Origin: an uncultured Chloroflexia bacterium
Lineage (GTDB): Bacteria; Chloroflexota; Limnocylindria; Limnocylindrales; CSP1-4
Assembly: GCA_963712585.1 (NCBI GenBank)
Contig: CAVQIH010000015.1
Location: forward strand, 6,886-70,885
Direction: 5' to 3'
Length of the DNA stretch: 64,000 nucleotides
Below the pieces are notes generated by a model. It was not told the origin of the DNA and made no database searches. It was given only the letters and a program-made list of their open reading frames with translations. Shown in pieces: positions 8,292-19,325 of this stretch. The position numbers and the translations under genes are program-made. How positions within the stretch are numbered: position 1 is the stretch's first letter; each line of letters opens with the position of its first letter.

Positions 8292-9821
8292 CTACTTGGC
8301 GTACTCCACCGCCCGCGTCTCGCGGATGACGGTGACCTTGATCTGCCCCGGGTAGGTCAGGCTCTCCTCGATCTTGCGGACGATGTCGCGCGCCAGCCGC
8401 ATCGCCGAGAGGTCGTCGATCTCGTCCGGCCGCACCAGGATCCTGACCTCCCGGCCGGCCTGCACGGCGAACGATCGATCGACACCGCTGAAGCTGTCGG
8501 CGATCGCCTGCAGGTCCTCGAGCCGTTTCACGTAGGTCTCGGTGGATTCACCGCGGGCGCCCGGCCGGGACGCGCTGATGGCGTCGGCGACCTGCACGAT
8601 CGGGGCCTCGATGCAGGCGTACTCGACCTCCTGGTGGTGCGCGGCGATGCTGTTGACGACCTTCATCGAGAGGTTGTGGCGCTGGGCGACCGCGGCGCCG
8701 ATGCCGGCATGGGGGCCTTCGACCTCGTGGTCGAGCGCCTTGCCGATGTCGTGGAGCAGGCCGCCCATCTTGGCGATCTGGACGTCAGCCCCCAGCTCGG
8801 CGGCGACGATGGCCGCGAGCCGGCTCGTCTCGATGACGTGGGCGAGGACGTTCTGGCCGTAGCTGGTCCGGTACTTCAGCCGGCCGAGGAGCCGGATGAT
8901 CTCGGGCGGCAGGCCCGGCACCCCGGCGTCGTAGGCCGCCTGCTCGCCGGCCTGGCGGATCACCAGATCGACTTCGGCCCGGCACTTCGCCACGACCTCC
9001 TCGATGCGACCGGGATGGATGCGGCCGTCCTGGATGAGCTTGGTGAGGGCGAGCCGGGCGATCTCGCGGCGGACGGGATCGAAGCCGCTGACGACCACGG
9101 TCTCGGGCGTATCGTCGATGATGAGGTCGACTCCGGTCGCCTGCTCGAGCGCCCGGATGTTGCGTCCCTCGCGACCGATGATCCGGCCCTTCATCTCGTC
9201 GGAGGGAAGGTGGATCACCGAGACGGTGTGCTCGGCCGTGTGGTCGGCGGCCACCCGCTGCATCGCGGTCACGATCACTTCGCGGGCCCGCTCGGTGGCC
9301 TCCTCCTTGGCTTGACGCTCGATCGCTCGGGCGATGCGCACGGCGTCGTGCTCGGCCTCCTCGCGCACCGCGTCGAGAAGGATCGCCTTGGCCTCCTCGG
9401 CCGAGAGCCCGCTGACTCGCTCGAGAGCGGCCACCTGCTCCTGGTGGGCGCGGGCGAGCTCCTCGCGTACGCGCTCCACCTCCCGTTCGCGGTCCAGGAC
9501 CTTGCGATCGCGCTGCTCGAGCATGTCGGTACGCTGGTCGAGCTGCTCGTCGCGCTGGAGGAGGCGGCGTTCGAGATTCGGCAGTTCGCCGCGCCTGGTG
9601 CGGGCCTCGTCCTCGGCCTCTGCCTGAAGACGAAGCTTCTCGTCCTTGGCCTCGAGGATGAGCTCCTTCTGCTGGGCTCGAGCCTCGGCCACGATCCTGG
9701 CGGCCTTCTCCTGGGCCGCCTTGATCGCCTGGCTCGCCCAGACGCCGCGGGCGAGGAATCCGAAGAGAACCCCGCCGACGATGGCGAGGGCGGCCACCGC
9801 CACGAGGACGACGATATCCAT
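8292..9821 (-). CDS. rny: ribonuclease Y
   Basis: Track ORF 8292..9854. It has an N-terminal TM helix, a long E/R/A-rich coiled coil, a KH domain ([13 protein letters not shown]) and an HD domain ([12 protein letters not shown]). I chose ATG 9821 because GGGAGG lies about 9 nt upstream of it. Confidence 0.92.
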   Translation of the reverse strand: MDIVVLVAVAALAIVGGVLFGFLARGVWASQAIKAAQEKAARIVAEARAQQKELILEAKDEKLRLQAEAEDEARTRRGELPNLERRLLQRDEQLDQRTDMLEQRDRKVLDREREVERVREELARAHQEQVAALERVSGLSAEEAKAILLDAVREEAEHDAVRIARAIERQAKEEATERAREVIVTAMQRVAADHTAEHTVSVIHLPSDEMKGRIIGREGRNIRALEQATGVDLIIDDTPETVVVSGFDPVRREIARLALTKLIQDGRIHPGRIEEVVAKCRAEVDLVIRQAGEQAAYDAGVPGLPPEIIRLLGRLKYRTSYGQNVLAHVIETSRLAAIVAAELGADVQIAKMGGLLHDIGKALDHEVEGPHAGIGAAVAQRHNLSMKVVNSIAAHHQEVEYACIEAPIVQVADAISASRPGARGESTETYVKRLEDLQAIADSFSGVDRSFAVQAGREVRILVRPDEIDDLSAMRLARDIVRKIEESLTYPGQIKVTVIRETRAVEYAK

Positions 9822-10122
9822 CTTGTCTGGCCTCCCACCCGACCGGAGGGCCACCGGGGGTGCGTGCGAGGGTTGCGATTATCGTGAAGAGTGCTCGGTG
9901 TGCGGCCGGCTGCCGGGCCAGCTGCCGTGAACTCCGGCGTCCGAAGTCCCCGACCCTGGGCCGGATCCTGGCCGTGCGGCACGACAAGCGCGTCCTGGAC
10001 GGTGTCGCACGAGCCTCCGGACCGACAGGCGTAGCCTACGGCCGACCGCCGGAAGTGGTCAAACGCCCGTCCTGCGCCAGTCGGCCGGCGTCGCGCCCGA
10101 CGATCGTCTCGTGTACGGCGTC

Positions 10123-10689
10123 CTACTCGCTGGCGTCGGCCGCCAGTCGAGCGGCGACGCGCGCGGCGACCCGAGCGGCGATCTCGGGATCGAAGCCGTT
10201 CCGGGCGAGGAGGGCGTAGGCGCGCCGCCGACGGAGGCCGGGGTCACCAATCCGAGCCAGAGCGGCGGCCCGCCGCGCGAGGAGCCGCTCGGCGGCGGCC
10301 TCGTCGGCAGCCTCGTCGGCCTGCGGTCCATCGGCCGCGGCACGCTCCGTCAGGATCTGGTCCATGAGCCCAGCATCGATCCCCTTCAGCCGAAGCTCAC
10401 GTCGAAGCGCGCGCTGGCCGCGTGGGCGGGCACGGTCGCGCGACTCCACCCATGCCCGGGCGAAGGCCTCGTCGTCGAGCATCCCGAACTCGACCAGCCG
10501 GTCGACTACGGCGTCGACGAGCTCGGCCCGGTAGCCCGCGTCGAGCAGCCGGCGGCGGACCTCGTGGACGGACCGGGGTCGGGCCTCGAGGAAGCGTGCG
10601 GCGGCCTTGAGGACGGCCTCGGGGTCCTCGGTTGCGGCGTTCCGCTCGCGCGCCTCAGCGAGCGACGCCCGCCGACGGTATGGCCTCAT
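10123..10689 (-). CDS. recX: recombination regulator RecX
   Basis: Track ORF 10123..10689, immediately downstream of recA. It shows the RecX-type three-repeat helical sequence (RFLEARPRSVHEVRRRLLDAGY...VVDRLVEFGMLDDEAFARAWVESR). Confidence 0.85.
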   Translation of the reverse strand: MRPYRRRASLAEARERNAATEDPEAVLKAAARFLEARPRSVHEVRRRLLDAGYRAELVDAVVDRLVEFGMLDDEAFARAWVESRDRARPRGQRALRRELRLKGIDAGLMDQILTERAAADGPQADEAADEAAAERLLARRAAALARIGDPGLRRRRAYALLARNGFDPEIAARVAARVAARLAADASE

Positions 10690-10696
10690 CGGCCGC

Positions 10697-11764
10697 TCAG
10701 TCGGCCTCCTCGATCCCCTCGACCGGTACCTGGACCTCGTTCATGCGGCCCCGGATCTGGCGCTCGACCTCCGCGCCGATGTCGGGGCTCGACCTCAGGA
10801 AGTCCTTGGCGGCCTCGCGGCCCTGACCGAGACGCGTCTCGCCGAACGTGAACCAGGCGCCCGTCTTGGCCACCACGCCCATGGCCACCCCGACGTCGAG
10901 GAGGCCGCCCTCACGGGAGATCCCCTCGCCGTACATGATGTCGAACTCGGCGACGCGGAACGGCGGCGCGACCTTGTTCTTGACCACCTTCACCCGCACC
11001 CGGTTGCCGATCGCCTCGGTGCCGGTCTTGATCGTCTCGATGCGGCGGATGTCGAGCCGGACGCTGGCGTAGAACTTCAGGGCGCGTCCGCCCGGAGTCG
11101 TCTCCGGGTTGCCGAACATCACCCCGATCTTCTCGCGCAGCTGGTTGGTGAAGATGAGAGCGGTGTTCGAGCGGCTCACCGCTCCGGTGAGCTTGCGCAG
11201 CGCCTGGCTCATCAGTCGCGCCTGCACGCCGACGAACGAGTCGCCCATCTCGCCTTCGATCTCGGCCCGCGGCACCAGCGCCGCCACCGAGTCGACGACC
11301 ACGCAGTCGACTCCGCCCGAACGGATGAGCGTCTCGGTGATCTCGAGGGCCTGCTCGCCCGTGTCGGGCTGACTGACCAGCAGCTCGTCGACGTTGACGC
11401 CGCAGGCGCGCGCGTAGCCCGGGTCCAGGGCGTGCTCGACATCGATGAAGGCGACGACGCCGCCGCGGCGCTGGGCCTCCGCGAGGATGTGCTGGCAGAG
11501 GGTCGTCTTGCCCGACGACTCAGGCCCGAAGATCTCGGTGACCCGGCCGCGCGGGATGCCGCCCACCCCGAGGGCGAGGTCGAGGGCGATCGAGCCGGTC
11601 GGGATGGAGTCGACCTGCTGGCGCTCGGCCGAACCGAGCCGCATGATCGAGCCCCGCCCGAACTGCTTCTCGATCGAGAGAATCGCCGCGTCGACGGCCT
11701 TCGCCCGCTCGCTTGTCGCGCGCTCGCCGTTGCGCTCGACGCCGCGTTCCCCGGTCATCGCCAT
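10697..11764 (-). CDS. recA: recombinase RecA
   Basis: Track ORF 10697..11764. Motifs are [43 protein letters not shown] and [35 protein letters not shown]. Confidence 0.97.
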   Translation of the reverse strand: MAMTGERGVERNGERATSERAKAVDAAILSIEKQFGRGSIMRLGSAERQQVDSIPTGSIALDLALGVGGIPRGRVTEIFGPESSGKTTLCQHILAEAQRRGGVVAFIDVEHALDPGYARACGVNVDELLVSQPDTGEQALEITETLIRSGGVDCVVVDSVAALVPRAEIEGEMGDSFVGVQARLMSQALRKLTGAVSRSNTALIFTNQLREKIGVMFGNPETTPGGRALKFYASVRLDIRRIETIKTGTEAIGNRVRVKVVKNKVAPPFRVAEFDIMYGEGISREGGLLDVGVAMGVVAKTGAWFTFGETRLGQGREAAKDFLRSSPDIGAEVERQIRGRMNEVQVPVEGIEEAD

Positions 11765-11833
11765 CTCGTCACGCTCCAGTCCGTTCCGCGCCGGCTCCCC
11801 GGAGTGGACGTCGTGGCGACGCCCGTCCGGTGC

Positions 11834-11995
11834 TCAGGTCTCTTCCGACTCCTCCTCGACGGCCCGCGGCTTTCGCTTCGGCTTGATCAGCTCGACGTTC
11901 GTGGGCGGTTCGAGGAAGGGCTGGATCCTCTGCTTCTGGGATGCGTCCTTGGGCTTCTTTTTCGCCTCGCGATGAGGGCGGTCCCGAGACCCCAT
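11834..11995 (-). CDS. small Lys/Glu-rich hypothetical protein (53 aa) between tgt and recA
   Basis: Hand-read ORF that is too short for the track: MGSRDRPHREAKKKPKDASQKQRIQPFLEPPTNVELIKPKRKPRAVEEESEET. GGGAGG lies 8 nt upstream of the ATG. About 85% of third codon positions are G or C, as in neighbouring genes. Confidence 0.45.
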   Translation of the reverse strand: MGSRDRPHREAKKKPKDASQKQRIQPFLEPPTNVELIKPKRKPRAVEEESEET

Positions 11996-12037
11996 CTGGT
12001 GCGCCTCCCGGTGTCGATGAGCGTACGGAAACGCGCT

Positions 12038-13207
12038 TCACGCCGGCTTCACCGCGCCTTCACCGCGGCGCTGCTGCGCGGCATAGGCGCGCAGGGCGGG
12101 AAGCGCGGCGGGGAATGTCCCGGCCCTGAGCTCGGTCCGGATCCTGGCCATGAAGTCTAGGGTGAAGGTCAGGTTGTGACAAGTCGCGAGGCGGTAGGCG
12201 AGGAGCTCTTCGGCCCGAAACAGGTGGGCTAGGTAAGCCCGCGAGAACGACCGGCAGAGCACGCAGGCGCAGTCTTCCTGGACCGGCGTCGGGTCGTCGA
12301 GGTAGCGAGCGTTGCGGATGTTGAGCCGCCCGCCCGGAACCCAGAGCTGGCCGTTGCGGGCGACGCGAGCCGGCAGGACCGAGTCGAACAGGTCGACCCC
12401 GCGGTGGACGGCCTCGAGGACGTCGAGCGGCGACCCGAGACCCATCAGGTAGCGCGGTCGGGGGTCCTCTCGTAGCAGCGGCACCACGGTCTCGAGGACG
12501 ACCTCCCGTTCGGCGGCGGTCTCGTCACCGGCCAGCCCCCCGATGCAGATCCCGTCGAAGGGGAGCCCGGCCACGAAGCGGGTCGATTCCGCGCGCAACG
12601 CCGGGTCCAGCCCGCCCTGCACGATGCCGAAGATCGCCTGGTCGGTCCGCGTGTGCGCCTCGAGCGAGCGGACGGCCCAGGCGTGCGTCCGCCTCGCGGC
12701 GGCTACGACGTCGCCTGGCGCGCTCGACGACGGCGGGACCGGCTGGTCGAAGGCCACCGCCACATCGGCCCCCAGCGCCTCCTGGACGGCGATCGCGTGC
12801 TCCGGCGTGAAGCGATGGAGCGATCCGTCGAGGTGACTGCGGAATGTCACCCCATCGTCGTCGACGACACGGAGATCGCCGAGCGAGACGACCTGGAAGC
12901 CACCTGAGTCGGTCAGGATCGGGCGATCCCAGCCCATGAAGCGATGCAGCCCACCGAGCCTGGCGATGCGCTCGTGACCGGGCCGGAGATAGAGGTGGTA
13001 GGTGTTGGCCAGGATGATCTGGGCACCGACTGCGGCGAGATCCGTCGGGTCGAGGGCCTTGACCGTGGCGTTCGTCCCGACCGGCATGAAGATCGGTGTC
13101 TCGACCGCCCCGTGGGTCAGCTGAAGGAGGCCCACCCTGGCACGGGTGCTGCCATCGGCTGGCGCGGGAACGCAAGACCCGGTAGCGGGCGGCGCCGCCC
13201 ACGTCAG
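12038..13207 (-). CDS. tgt: queuine tRNA-ribosyltransferase (Tgt), probably CTG-initiated
   Basis: Track ORF 12038..13135 contains [16 protein letters not shown] and the zinc site CACVLC. The conserved DGSTRARVG segment lies upstream of the first canonical start (GTG 13135). The frame is open up to a CTG at 13207-13205, which overlaps the ruvB TGA. Confidence 0.85.
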   Translation of the reverse strand: MTWAAPPATGSCVPAPADGSTRARVGLLQLTHGAVETPIFMPVGTNATVKALDPTDLAAVGAQIILANTYHLYLRPGHERIARLGGLHRFMGWDRPILTDSGGFQVVSLGDLRVVDDDGVTFRSHLDGSLHRFTPEHAIAVQEALGADVAVAFDQPVPPSSSAPGDVVAAARRTHAWAVRSLEAHTRTDQAIFGIVQGGLDPALRAESTRFVAGLPFDGICIGGLAGDETAAEREVVLETVVPLLREDPRPRYLMGLGSPLDVLEAVHRGVDLFDSVLPARVARNGQLWVPGGRLNIRNARYLDDPTPVQEDCACVLCRSFSRAYLAHLFRAEELLAYRLATCHNLTFTLDFMARIRTELRAGTFPAALPALRAYAAQQRRGEGAVKPA

Positions 13208-14331
13208 GCCGGACGGTCGGCCGCCGAGATCGCGCCGTCATCCCAGAGCGGAGTCATCTCCGGCTCCGGCCGTCGCGGCAGCGGCACCTCGAACCCCAGG
13301 CCGGCCAGATGCCGGCGGGCAGCCTCGGTGGCGATTCGGCCCTGGGGCGTGCGATCCATGAACCCCAGGCGCAAGAGGAACGGCTCGTAGACGTCCTCGA
13401 TCGTCTCGATCTCCTCGGCCAGGACCGCGGCCAGGGCGGCGACGCCGACCGGCCCGGAGCCGAACTTCTGGATGATCGCCGCCAGGAGCTTGCGGTCGGT
13501 GGAATCGAGGCCCTCGTCGTCGATCTCCATCGCCGTCATCGCCTCGTGGACCACGGGCTCGCCGACGCGTCCGTCCCCGTGAACCTGGGCATGGTCTCGG
13601 ACGCGCTTCAGGAGCCGGTTGACGATCCGCGGCGTCCCTCGGCCGCGCCGGGCGATCGCCCGGGCGGCCTCCGGGCTCACCTCGACGTCGAGGATGCGAG
13701 CGGACCGCCGGACGATCGCGGTCAGGTCGGCCTCGTCGTAGAAGTCGAGCCGGTAGGTGGCCCCGAACCGGTCGCGGAGCGGGCTGCTGATACGGCCCGC
13801 GCGGGTCGTCGCGCCGACCACTGTGAAGGGCTTGAGCGAGAGCCGCAGCGACCGCGCCGACGGACCCTTGCCGATCATGACGTCGAGGGCGAAGTCCTCC
13901 ATCGCCGGGTACAGGATCTCCTCGACCGCGCGGTTGAGCCGGTGGATCTCGTCGATGAACAGGACGTCGCGCTCCTCGAGCGCAGTCAGGATGGCGGCCA
14001 GGTCACCGGCACGCTCCACGGCCGGTCCGCTGGTGTACCGAACGTTCACCCCGAGCTCGTGGGCAATGATCGTGGCGAGCGTCGTCTTGCCCAACCCGGG
14101 CGGCCCGTACAGGAGGACGTGATCGGCTGCCTCTCCCCGCTGGCGGGCCGCTGCCAGGAGGATCGAGAGGTTCGCCTTGACCTCCCGCTGCCCGACGTAC
14201 TCCTCGAGGGTGCGCGGACGGAGGGTGCGCTCGATCACGAGATCGGCCTCGCCCAGCAGGCTCGCCCCGAGGATCCGGGCAACGTCTTCGGTCATCGTCG
14301 GCAGTCTAGCATGCAGGAGTCCATTTCGCAC
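13204..14331 (-). CDS. ruvB: Holliday junction helicase RuvB
   Basis: Track ORF 13204..14331. Motifs are [12 protein letters not shown], the Walker [15 protein letters not shown], and FIDEIHRL. The start may instead be ATG 14295 ([10 protein letters not shown]). Confidence 0.95.
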   Translation of the reverse strand: MRNGLLHARLPTMTEDVARILGASLLGEADLVIERTLRPRTLEEYVGQREVKANLSILLAAARQRGEAADHVLLYGPPGLGKTTLATIIAHELGVNVRYTSGPAVERAGDLAAILTALEERDVLFIDEIHRLNRAVEEILYPAMEDFALDVMIGKGPSARSLRLSLKPFTVVGATTRAGRISSPLRDRFGATYRLDFYDEADLTAIVRRSARILDVEVSPEAARAIARRGRGTPRIVNRLLKRVRDHAQVHGDGRVGEPVVHEAMTAMEIDDEGLDSTDRKLLAAIIQKFGSGPVGVAALAAVLAEEIETIEDVYEPFLLRLGFMDRTPQGRIATEAARRHLAGLGFEVPLPRRPEPEMTPLWDDGAISAADRPA

Positions 14332-14390
14332 ATCTGTTCGACCCAGTCACGAGGGCCCGATCGGGCAGCCTCGGCCCCTGGCGACGGGAC

Positions 14391-14990
14391 TCAGGTGCGG
14401 ACGAGGGTCCGGAGGGCGGCCTTCACGCGATCCTCGAGCGACGCCCCGACGGCGCTCCGGTCGAGGGCCGCTCGGGCAGCGTCGCGGGCCTCGCCGAGCG
14501 TATAGCCGAGCGCCTGGAGGGCCGCCACGACCTCGCCTTCCGTCGCTGCCTCCGCGGCCCAGCCCCCGGCTCCGGCGGCTGCCAGCCCGGCTGCGGCAAC
14601 CTTCTCCTTCAGCTCGAGCACGACGCGCGCCGCGAGCTTCCGGCCGACCCCGGAAATCGCGATCAGCACGGCCTGGTCGTCCTGGAGGATGGCGAGCTGG
14701 AGGTCCGCCACCGGTCGTGCACCGACGATCGAGAGAGCCACCTTCGGGCCGACACCGGTGACCGCCAGGAGCTGGCTGAAGAAGCCCAGCTCGTCGGGCC
14801 CGGCGAATCCGTAGAGCGCCTGCTGATCCTCGCGCACGAGATGGTAGGTGTGGAGCTTGAGCGTCGCCCCGGGCTGGGCCTTGGCGAGCACCGACGGCGC
14901 CACGAAGACCCGGTAGCCGATCCCCCCGACCTCGATGACCAGCGAATCCGCCGAGATGGCGCCGACGCGTCCCTCGACGGAGGCGATCAC
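14391..14990 (-). CDS. ruvA: Holliday junction DNA-binding protein RuvA
   Basis: Track ORF 14391..14990. Motifs are MIASVEGRV...VIEVGGIGYRV, the HhH motifs (LLAVTGVGPKVAL, ISGVGRKLAARV) and a C-terminal domain III. Confidence 0.93.
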   Translation of the reverse strand: MIASVEGRVGAISADSLVIEVGGIGYRVFVAPSVLAKAQPGATLKLHTYHLVREDQQALYGFAGPDELGFFSQLLAVTGVGPKVALSIVGARPVADLQLAILQDDQAVLIAISGVGRKLAARVVLELKEKVAAAGLAAAGAGGWAAEAATEGEVVAALQALGYTLGEARDAARAALDRSAVGASLEDRVKAALRTLVRT

Positions 14991-15649
14991 CGCGCCGCTG
15001 CCTTCCGCCGAGGGTGGGGCGGATCGGCGACGTCCGCGGCGGACGGCGCCGGGCGGGCTCGGCCTGCCGCTCGCTCCGTCCTCAGAGCCTCGCGCACCGC
15101 CCGCTCGTAGGGTGTCTCGGCTCCCGCCCTCGGCGCGACGGCAGCGCGATCGAGAAGGCCGGCGTTGAGGCGCTCGCCGGGCCGCTCACGGTTCGCCGCC
15201 CAGATCGCCACGGCGAGCGCATCGGCTGCGTCATTCGGCTGGGGCCGTTCGCTCAGGCCGAGGATGACCTGGACCATTCTGCCGACCTGCTCCTTGTCGG
15301 CCGACCCGTACCCGGTGACCGCCTGCTTGATCTCGTTCGGCGTCGCCTCTCGGACTTCGATCCCGTGCTGCGCGGCAGCGAGGAGGATCACGCCGCGGGC
15401 CTGCCCGACCGCGATCGCGGTCTGGGCGTTGCGGCTGAAGAAGACTCGCTCGACGGCGACGATCGCCGGTTCGTGCAGCTCGAGGAGGTCCACCACGAGC
15501 TCGTGGATCGCGTTCAGGCGCTCCGGCAGAGCCAGGTCGGCAGATGTCTGGAGGCAGCCGTGATCGACGGCTCGCAGTCGGTCGCCGGCTCGCTGGACGA
15601 GGCCCCATCCGATCGCCGCCGTCCCCGGGTCGATCCCGAGGAAGATCAC
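14987..15649 (-). CDS. ruvC: crossover junction endodeoxyribonuclease RuvC with a C-terminal extension of about 55 aa
   Basis: 3' part of track ORF 14987..16585, starting at VIFLGIDPGTAAIGWGLV. It also has VERVFFSRNAQTA and NDAADALAVAIW. The GTG start overlaps the yebC stop (GTGA), and its stop overlaps the ruvA start. Confidence 0.9.
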   Translation of the reverse strand: MIFLGIDPGTAAIGWGLVQRAGDRLRAVDHGCLQTSADLALPERLNAIHELVVDLLELHEPAIVAVERVFFSRNAQTAIAVGQARGVILLAAAQHGIEVREATPNEIKQAVTGYGSADKEQVGRMVQVILGLSERPQPNDAADALAVAIWAANRERPGERLNAGLLDRAAVAPRAGAETPYERAVREALRTERAAGRARPAPSAADVADPPHPRRKAAAR

Positions 15650-16398
15650 CCGGTGACCTCGGCGAAGACCTCTTCGGGAATGTCGAAGTTGGCCGTCACC
15701 CGCTGGACGTCGTCGAGATCCTCGAGGAGCTCGATCAGCCGGAGTGCCTGCCGGGCCTTGGACGCGTCGAGCTCCACGGTCTGCTTGGCGAGCATGGTGG
15801 GCTCGGCGGCGTCGATCGCAATGCCGGCCGCCTCGAGCTCGTCGACGCACGTGCTCGAGGTCGTGCGGCTCGGTGTAGATCTCGACCGGATCGACGCCCG
15901 TGTCCACGTCGGCCGCCCCCGCGTCGATCGCGGCGAGGGCGACCGTGTCGGCGTCGACCGGCCCAGTCCGGACGGTGATCACGCCCCGCGGCTCGAACTG
16001 CCAGGCGACGCTGCCGCTGCCGGCGAGCTGGCCGCCCGCCTTGCTGAAGACGGAGCGCACTTCGGCGGCGGTGCGATTGCGGTTGTCCGTGGCGGTCTCG
16101 ACGAGGATTGCCACGCCGCCCGGACCGTAGCCCTCGTAGGCGATCTCCTCGTACTGGTCCGCGTCACCGCCGCCGGTGGCCCGTTCGATCGCCCGCTTGA
16201 ATGTTCTCGGCCGGCATGTTGATGGCGCGCGCCTTGTCGATCGCCAGGCGCAGCCGGTAGTTGCCGTCCGGGTCGCCGCCCCCTGCCCGTGCCGCAATGA
16301 TGATCTCACGCGTCGAGCTTGGTGAACAGCGCGCCGCGCTTGGCGTCGTTGGCGCCCTTCTGGCGCTTGATCTGGGACCACTTGCAGTGACCGGACAT
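15646..16398 (-). pseudogene. yebC: YebC/PmpR-family transcriptional regulator, interrupted by three frameshifts as sequenced
   Basis: The homologous pieces sit in three frames: [29 protein letters not shown] / [37 protein letters not shown] / [34 protein letters not shown]...EPHDLEHV / VDELEAAGIAIDAAEPTMLAKQ...FDIPEEVFAEVTG. The breaks lie near 16308-16313, 16197-16203 and 15846-15850. Confidence 0.85.
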
Positions 16399-16406
16399 CG
16401 GCGCGG

Positions 16407-16412
16407 ATTATA
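16407..16412 (-). promoter_or_regulatory. perfect TATAAT -10 box 8 nt upstream of the yebC ATG (possible leaderless transcript)
   Basis: The minus strand reads GTCGGTATAATCCGCGCCGATG. No Shine-Dalgarno sequence lies between the box and the ATG, and I see no convincing -35 element. Confidence 0.3.
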
Positions 16413-16528
16413 CCGACTATCATGGCCCGATCGGGCCCCGGGCCGGCCTGTTCCCTCCTGCCCGAGCTCCGGCCCCCCCGGGCCGCGTCCCCCGGGCCCA
16501 TCAGCCGAACCACCGAGAGGACCGTGGC

Positions 16529-18616
16529 GTGACGAGCAAGAGTGTCGACCTCCCCCACCTTCGGAGCGTCGTCGTGGCCGCCCATGCCGGCGCGGGCAAG
16601 ACGACGCTCGTCGAGCGGCTCCTGTTCCTGACCGGCGCCCTCGGACGCCTCGGCCGCGTCGACGACGGTACCTCAGCGCTCGACTTCGAGCCCGAGGCGC
16701 AGAAGCGGCGGCAATCGCTCAGCCTGGCCGTGGCTTCGGCCGACCACGAGGGGACCCGCATCCAGTTCGTCGACACCCCCGGCTACGCCGACTTCACGGC
16801 CGAGGTCACCGAGGGCTTCGCGGCGGTCGACGGGGCGCTGCTGCTGCTGGACGCCACCGGCCGGGTAGAGGCCGGCACCGAGCTGGCCGTCGCGCTGGGT
16901 CGGTCGACCGGCACGGCGGCCTGCTTCTTCATCAGCAAGTGCGACCGCGAGAACGCCAACCCCACGGCTGCTCTGGAGGCGCTCCGGACGGCCTTCGGCA
17001 ACAAGATCGCGCCGCTCCAGATCGCCATCGGAGCCGCCGAGGGGTTCAGCGGCTACGTCGACCTGGTCCACCGGACGGCCTATCGTTGGGACGGCAAGAC
17101 CGACGTCGAGACTCCGATCCCGGCGGAGCTTGTGGACGAGGTCGGGCGCCGCCGGGAACAGCTGATCGAGGCAGCCGCCGAAGCCGACGACGACGTCCTC
17201 ACCAAGTACCTCGAGGGCGAGGAGATCACCGACGGGGAGCTCGAGGCGTGCCTGCGCAAGGGCGTCCGCGACTCGCTCCTCGCGCCCGTGCTCGTGGGCA
17301 GCGCGGCCAAGGGCATCGGCATGCGCGGCCTGCTCGACGCGATCGTGCGCTACCTCCCCTCGCCGGCCGACCGTCCTGCCGTCCGCATCCGCGACCCCAA
17401 GACCGGCGCCGAGACGACCGTTGCCGTCGATCCCGCCGGCCCGCTCGTCGTTCGGGTGTTCAAGACGAGCGCCGACCCGTTCGTGGGGCGGCTCTCGTAC
17501 CTCCGCGTCCTGAACGGCACGCTTCATGCTCAGGCCCACGTCTGGAACGCCGGCCGCGACGAGGACGAGCGGATCGGCCAGCTCCTGCTGCTCCACGGCA
17601 AGGACCAGGAACCCGTCGGGGAGCTCAAGGCGGGCGAGATCGGGGCCGTCGCCAAGCTCGCGGTGACCGCAACGGGCGACACTCTCAGCGCGCGGGAGCG
17701 CCCGCTCATCCTGCCGGCCCTTGAGTATCCGCAGCCGACGCTTGCCGTTGCGATCGAGCCGCAGACGAAGGCCGACCTCGACAAGATGGGCCCCGCCCTC
17801 CAGCGAATGCTCGAGGAGGAACCGTCCGCGCGAGTCGAGCGGAGCGCGACCGGCGAGCAACTCCTGGTCGCCATGGGCGAGGCCCACATCGCCGTCATCG
17901 CGGAGCGCCTGAAGCGAAAGTTCGGGTCGGCGATCGTCACCCGGACGCCCAAGGTCCCCTACCGCGAGACCATCCGGGGCCGGACCCAGGTCCATGGCCG
18001 CTACAAGAAGCAGACCGGTGGCCACGGCATGTTCGGCGACGTCTGGCTCGAGCTGGAGCCCAACCCTGGCGGCGGCGTCGAGTTTGCCGAGCGGGTCGTC
18101 GGCGGCACCGTCCCCAGGCAGTACTTCCCGGGAGTCGAGAAGGGCGTCCGTGAGACCGCCGCGGAAGGGGTCGTCGCCGGCTATCCGCTGAGCGACTTCA
18201 AGGCCACGCTCTATGACGGCTCGTTCCACTCGGTCGACTCGAACGAGCTCTCCTTCAAGATCGCGGCTTCCATGGCCCTCAAGCAGGGCGTCCTGGAGTG
18301 CAAGCCGGTGCTGATGGAGCCGATCATGGCGGTCGAGATCCGCGTCCCCGAGGCCTACATGGGTGACGTGAACCGCGACCTGAACACGCGGCGCGGCCGC
18401 GTCCTTGGCATGGACACCGCGGGCGCGGGCATGCAGGTCGTCAGTGCCCAGGTGCCCCAGGCCGAGCTGTTCACCTATGCGACGGAGCTACGCTCACTGA
18501 CCCACGGTCGCGGCACATTCAAGGCCGAGCTCGATCACTACGAGGACGTCCCCACCCACATCGCCGAGAAGGTGATCGAGAACCACCGCAAGGAAGGGGA
18601 GGCGGCCAACCACTGA
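16529..18616 (+). CDS. elongation factor G family GTPase (EF-G paralog)
   Basis: Track ORF 16529..18616. Motifs are [23 protein letters not shown] and SKCDRE, followed by domains II-V ([34 protein letters not shown]). It is not located in an str operon. Confidence 0.85.
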   Translation: MTSKSVDLPHLRSVVVAAHAGAGKTTLVERLLFLTGALGRLGRVDDGTSALDFEPEAQKRRQSLSLAVASADHEGTRIQFVDTPGYADFTAEVTEGFAAVDGALLLLDATGRVEAGTELAVALGRSTGTAACFFISKCDRENANPTAALEALRTAFGNKIAPLQIAIGAAEGFSGYVDLVHRTAYRWDGKTDVETPIPAELVDEVGRRREQLIEAAAEADDDVLTKYLEGEEITDGELEACLRKGVRDSLLAPVLVGSAAKGIGMRGLLDAIVRYLPSPADRPAVRIRDPKTGAETTVAVDPAGPLVVRVFKTSADPFVGRLSYLRVLNGTLHAQAHVWNAGRDEDERIGQLLLLHGKDQEPVGELKAGEIGAVAKLAVTATGDTLSARERPLILPALEYPQPTLAVAIEPQTKADLDKMGPALQRMLEEEPSARVERSATGEQLLVAMGEAHIAVIAERLKRKFGSAIVTRTPKVPYRETIRGRTQVHGRYKKQTGGHGMFGDVWLELEPNPGGGVEFAERVVGGTVPRQYFPGVEKGVRETAAEGVVAGYPLSDFKATLYDGSFHSVDSNELSFKIAASMALKQGVLECKPVLMEPIMAVEIRVPEAYMGDVNRDLNTRRGRVLGMDTAGAGMQVVSAQVPQAELFTYATELRSLTHGRGTFKAELDHYEDVPTHIAEKVIENHRKEGEAANH

Positions 18617-18644
18617 CACGCCCGGCGGGGGTCGTCGCCGGCCG

Positions 18645-19325
18645 TCAGCTGCGGCGGCCTTCACCGAACCGCCGGCGCACGGGTCGGGTCTCGCCGTGGT
18701 AGCGCTCCATGAGTTCGGTGACGGCCGCTCTGGCTTCCGCAAGGTCAGTGGGATAGCTGTCGGCCCCGTCGCGAGGCGCGTTGCCTGAGCCGAGCGTCGG
18801 CGCGGGCCCCCCGGCGGCCGGTGCCGGCGAGTCCTCGTCCGCGGCGCGGCTGGTGGCGACCATCGCCAGGACCACCGCGTTGTGGGCGTAGCCTCGGGCC
18901 CGTCCGCCCTCCCAGCGGCCGGTGACGAGGTAGCGTCGGGTCAGCTCGAACGGAGCGCGCCAGCGGCCGATCCTGATCTCGTCGCCATCGCGCAGGGACT
19001 CGAGGTAGTCGTCGTCGCCGACCGGGTGACGCTCGTGGTGGTAGGCGTGCTGCTCGTAGGTCGTTCGTGCCCCGCCAGCTGCCGGAAACGACCCGTCCCG
19101 GCCGGGCTGGGCGTAGCAGACGGGGCACTCCGGGGGCCAGTCGGCTGCCTCGACGATGGGGGCGGCACCGAACGGCAGCCCGCAGCGCCGGCAGAACGGG
19201 GCCGCGGTCGGCGAGGCGAAGCCGCAGCGCTGGCACACGCGGCCGCCGGCTGCGCCCGCGCTCACCGCTGCTGTCGCCCGCTCGGACGTGTCATCGGTTC
19301 TACGGTACCTCGTCAGGCCTGCCAT
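18645..19325 (-). CDS. hypothetical protein with an N-terminal zinc-ribbon-like Cys pairs
   Basis: Track ORF 18645..19325. It has CQRCG...CRRCG followed by CPVC. I recognise no family. Confidence 0.5.
   Translation of the reverse strand: MAGLTRYRRTDDTSERATAAVSAGAAGGRVCQRCGFASPTAAPFCRRCGLPFGAAPIVEAADWPPECPVCYAQPGRDGSFPAAGGARTTYEQHAYHHERHPVGDDDYLESLRDGDEIRIGRWRAPFELTRRYLVTGRWEGGRARGYAHNAVVLAMVATSRAADEDSPAPAAGGPAPTLGSGNAPRDGADSYPTDLAEARAAVTELMERYHGETRPVRRRFGEGRRS

Noticed and set aside
14987-16585. The 532-aa track ORF read as one protein.
   Set aside because: It is a composite. Its 3' third is ruvC, its middle is one frame of the shifted yebC, and its 5' part is out-of-frame read-through.
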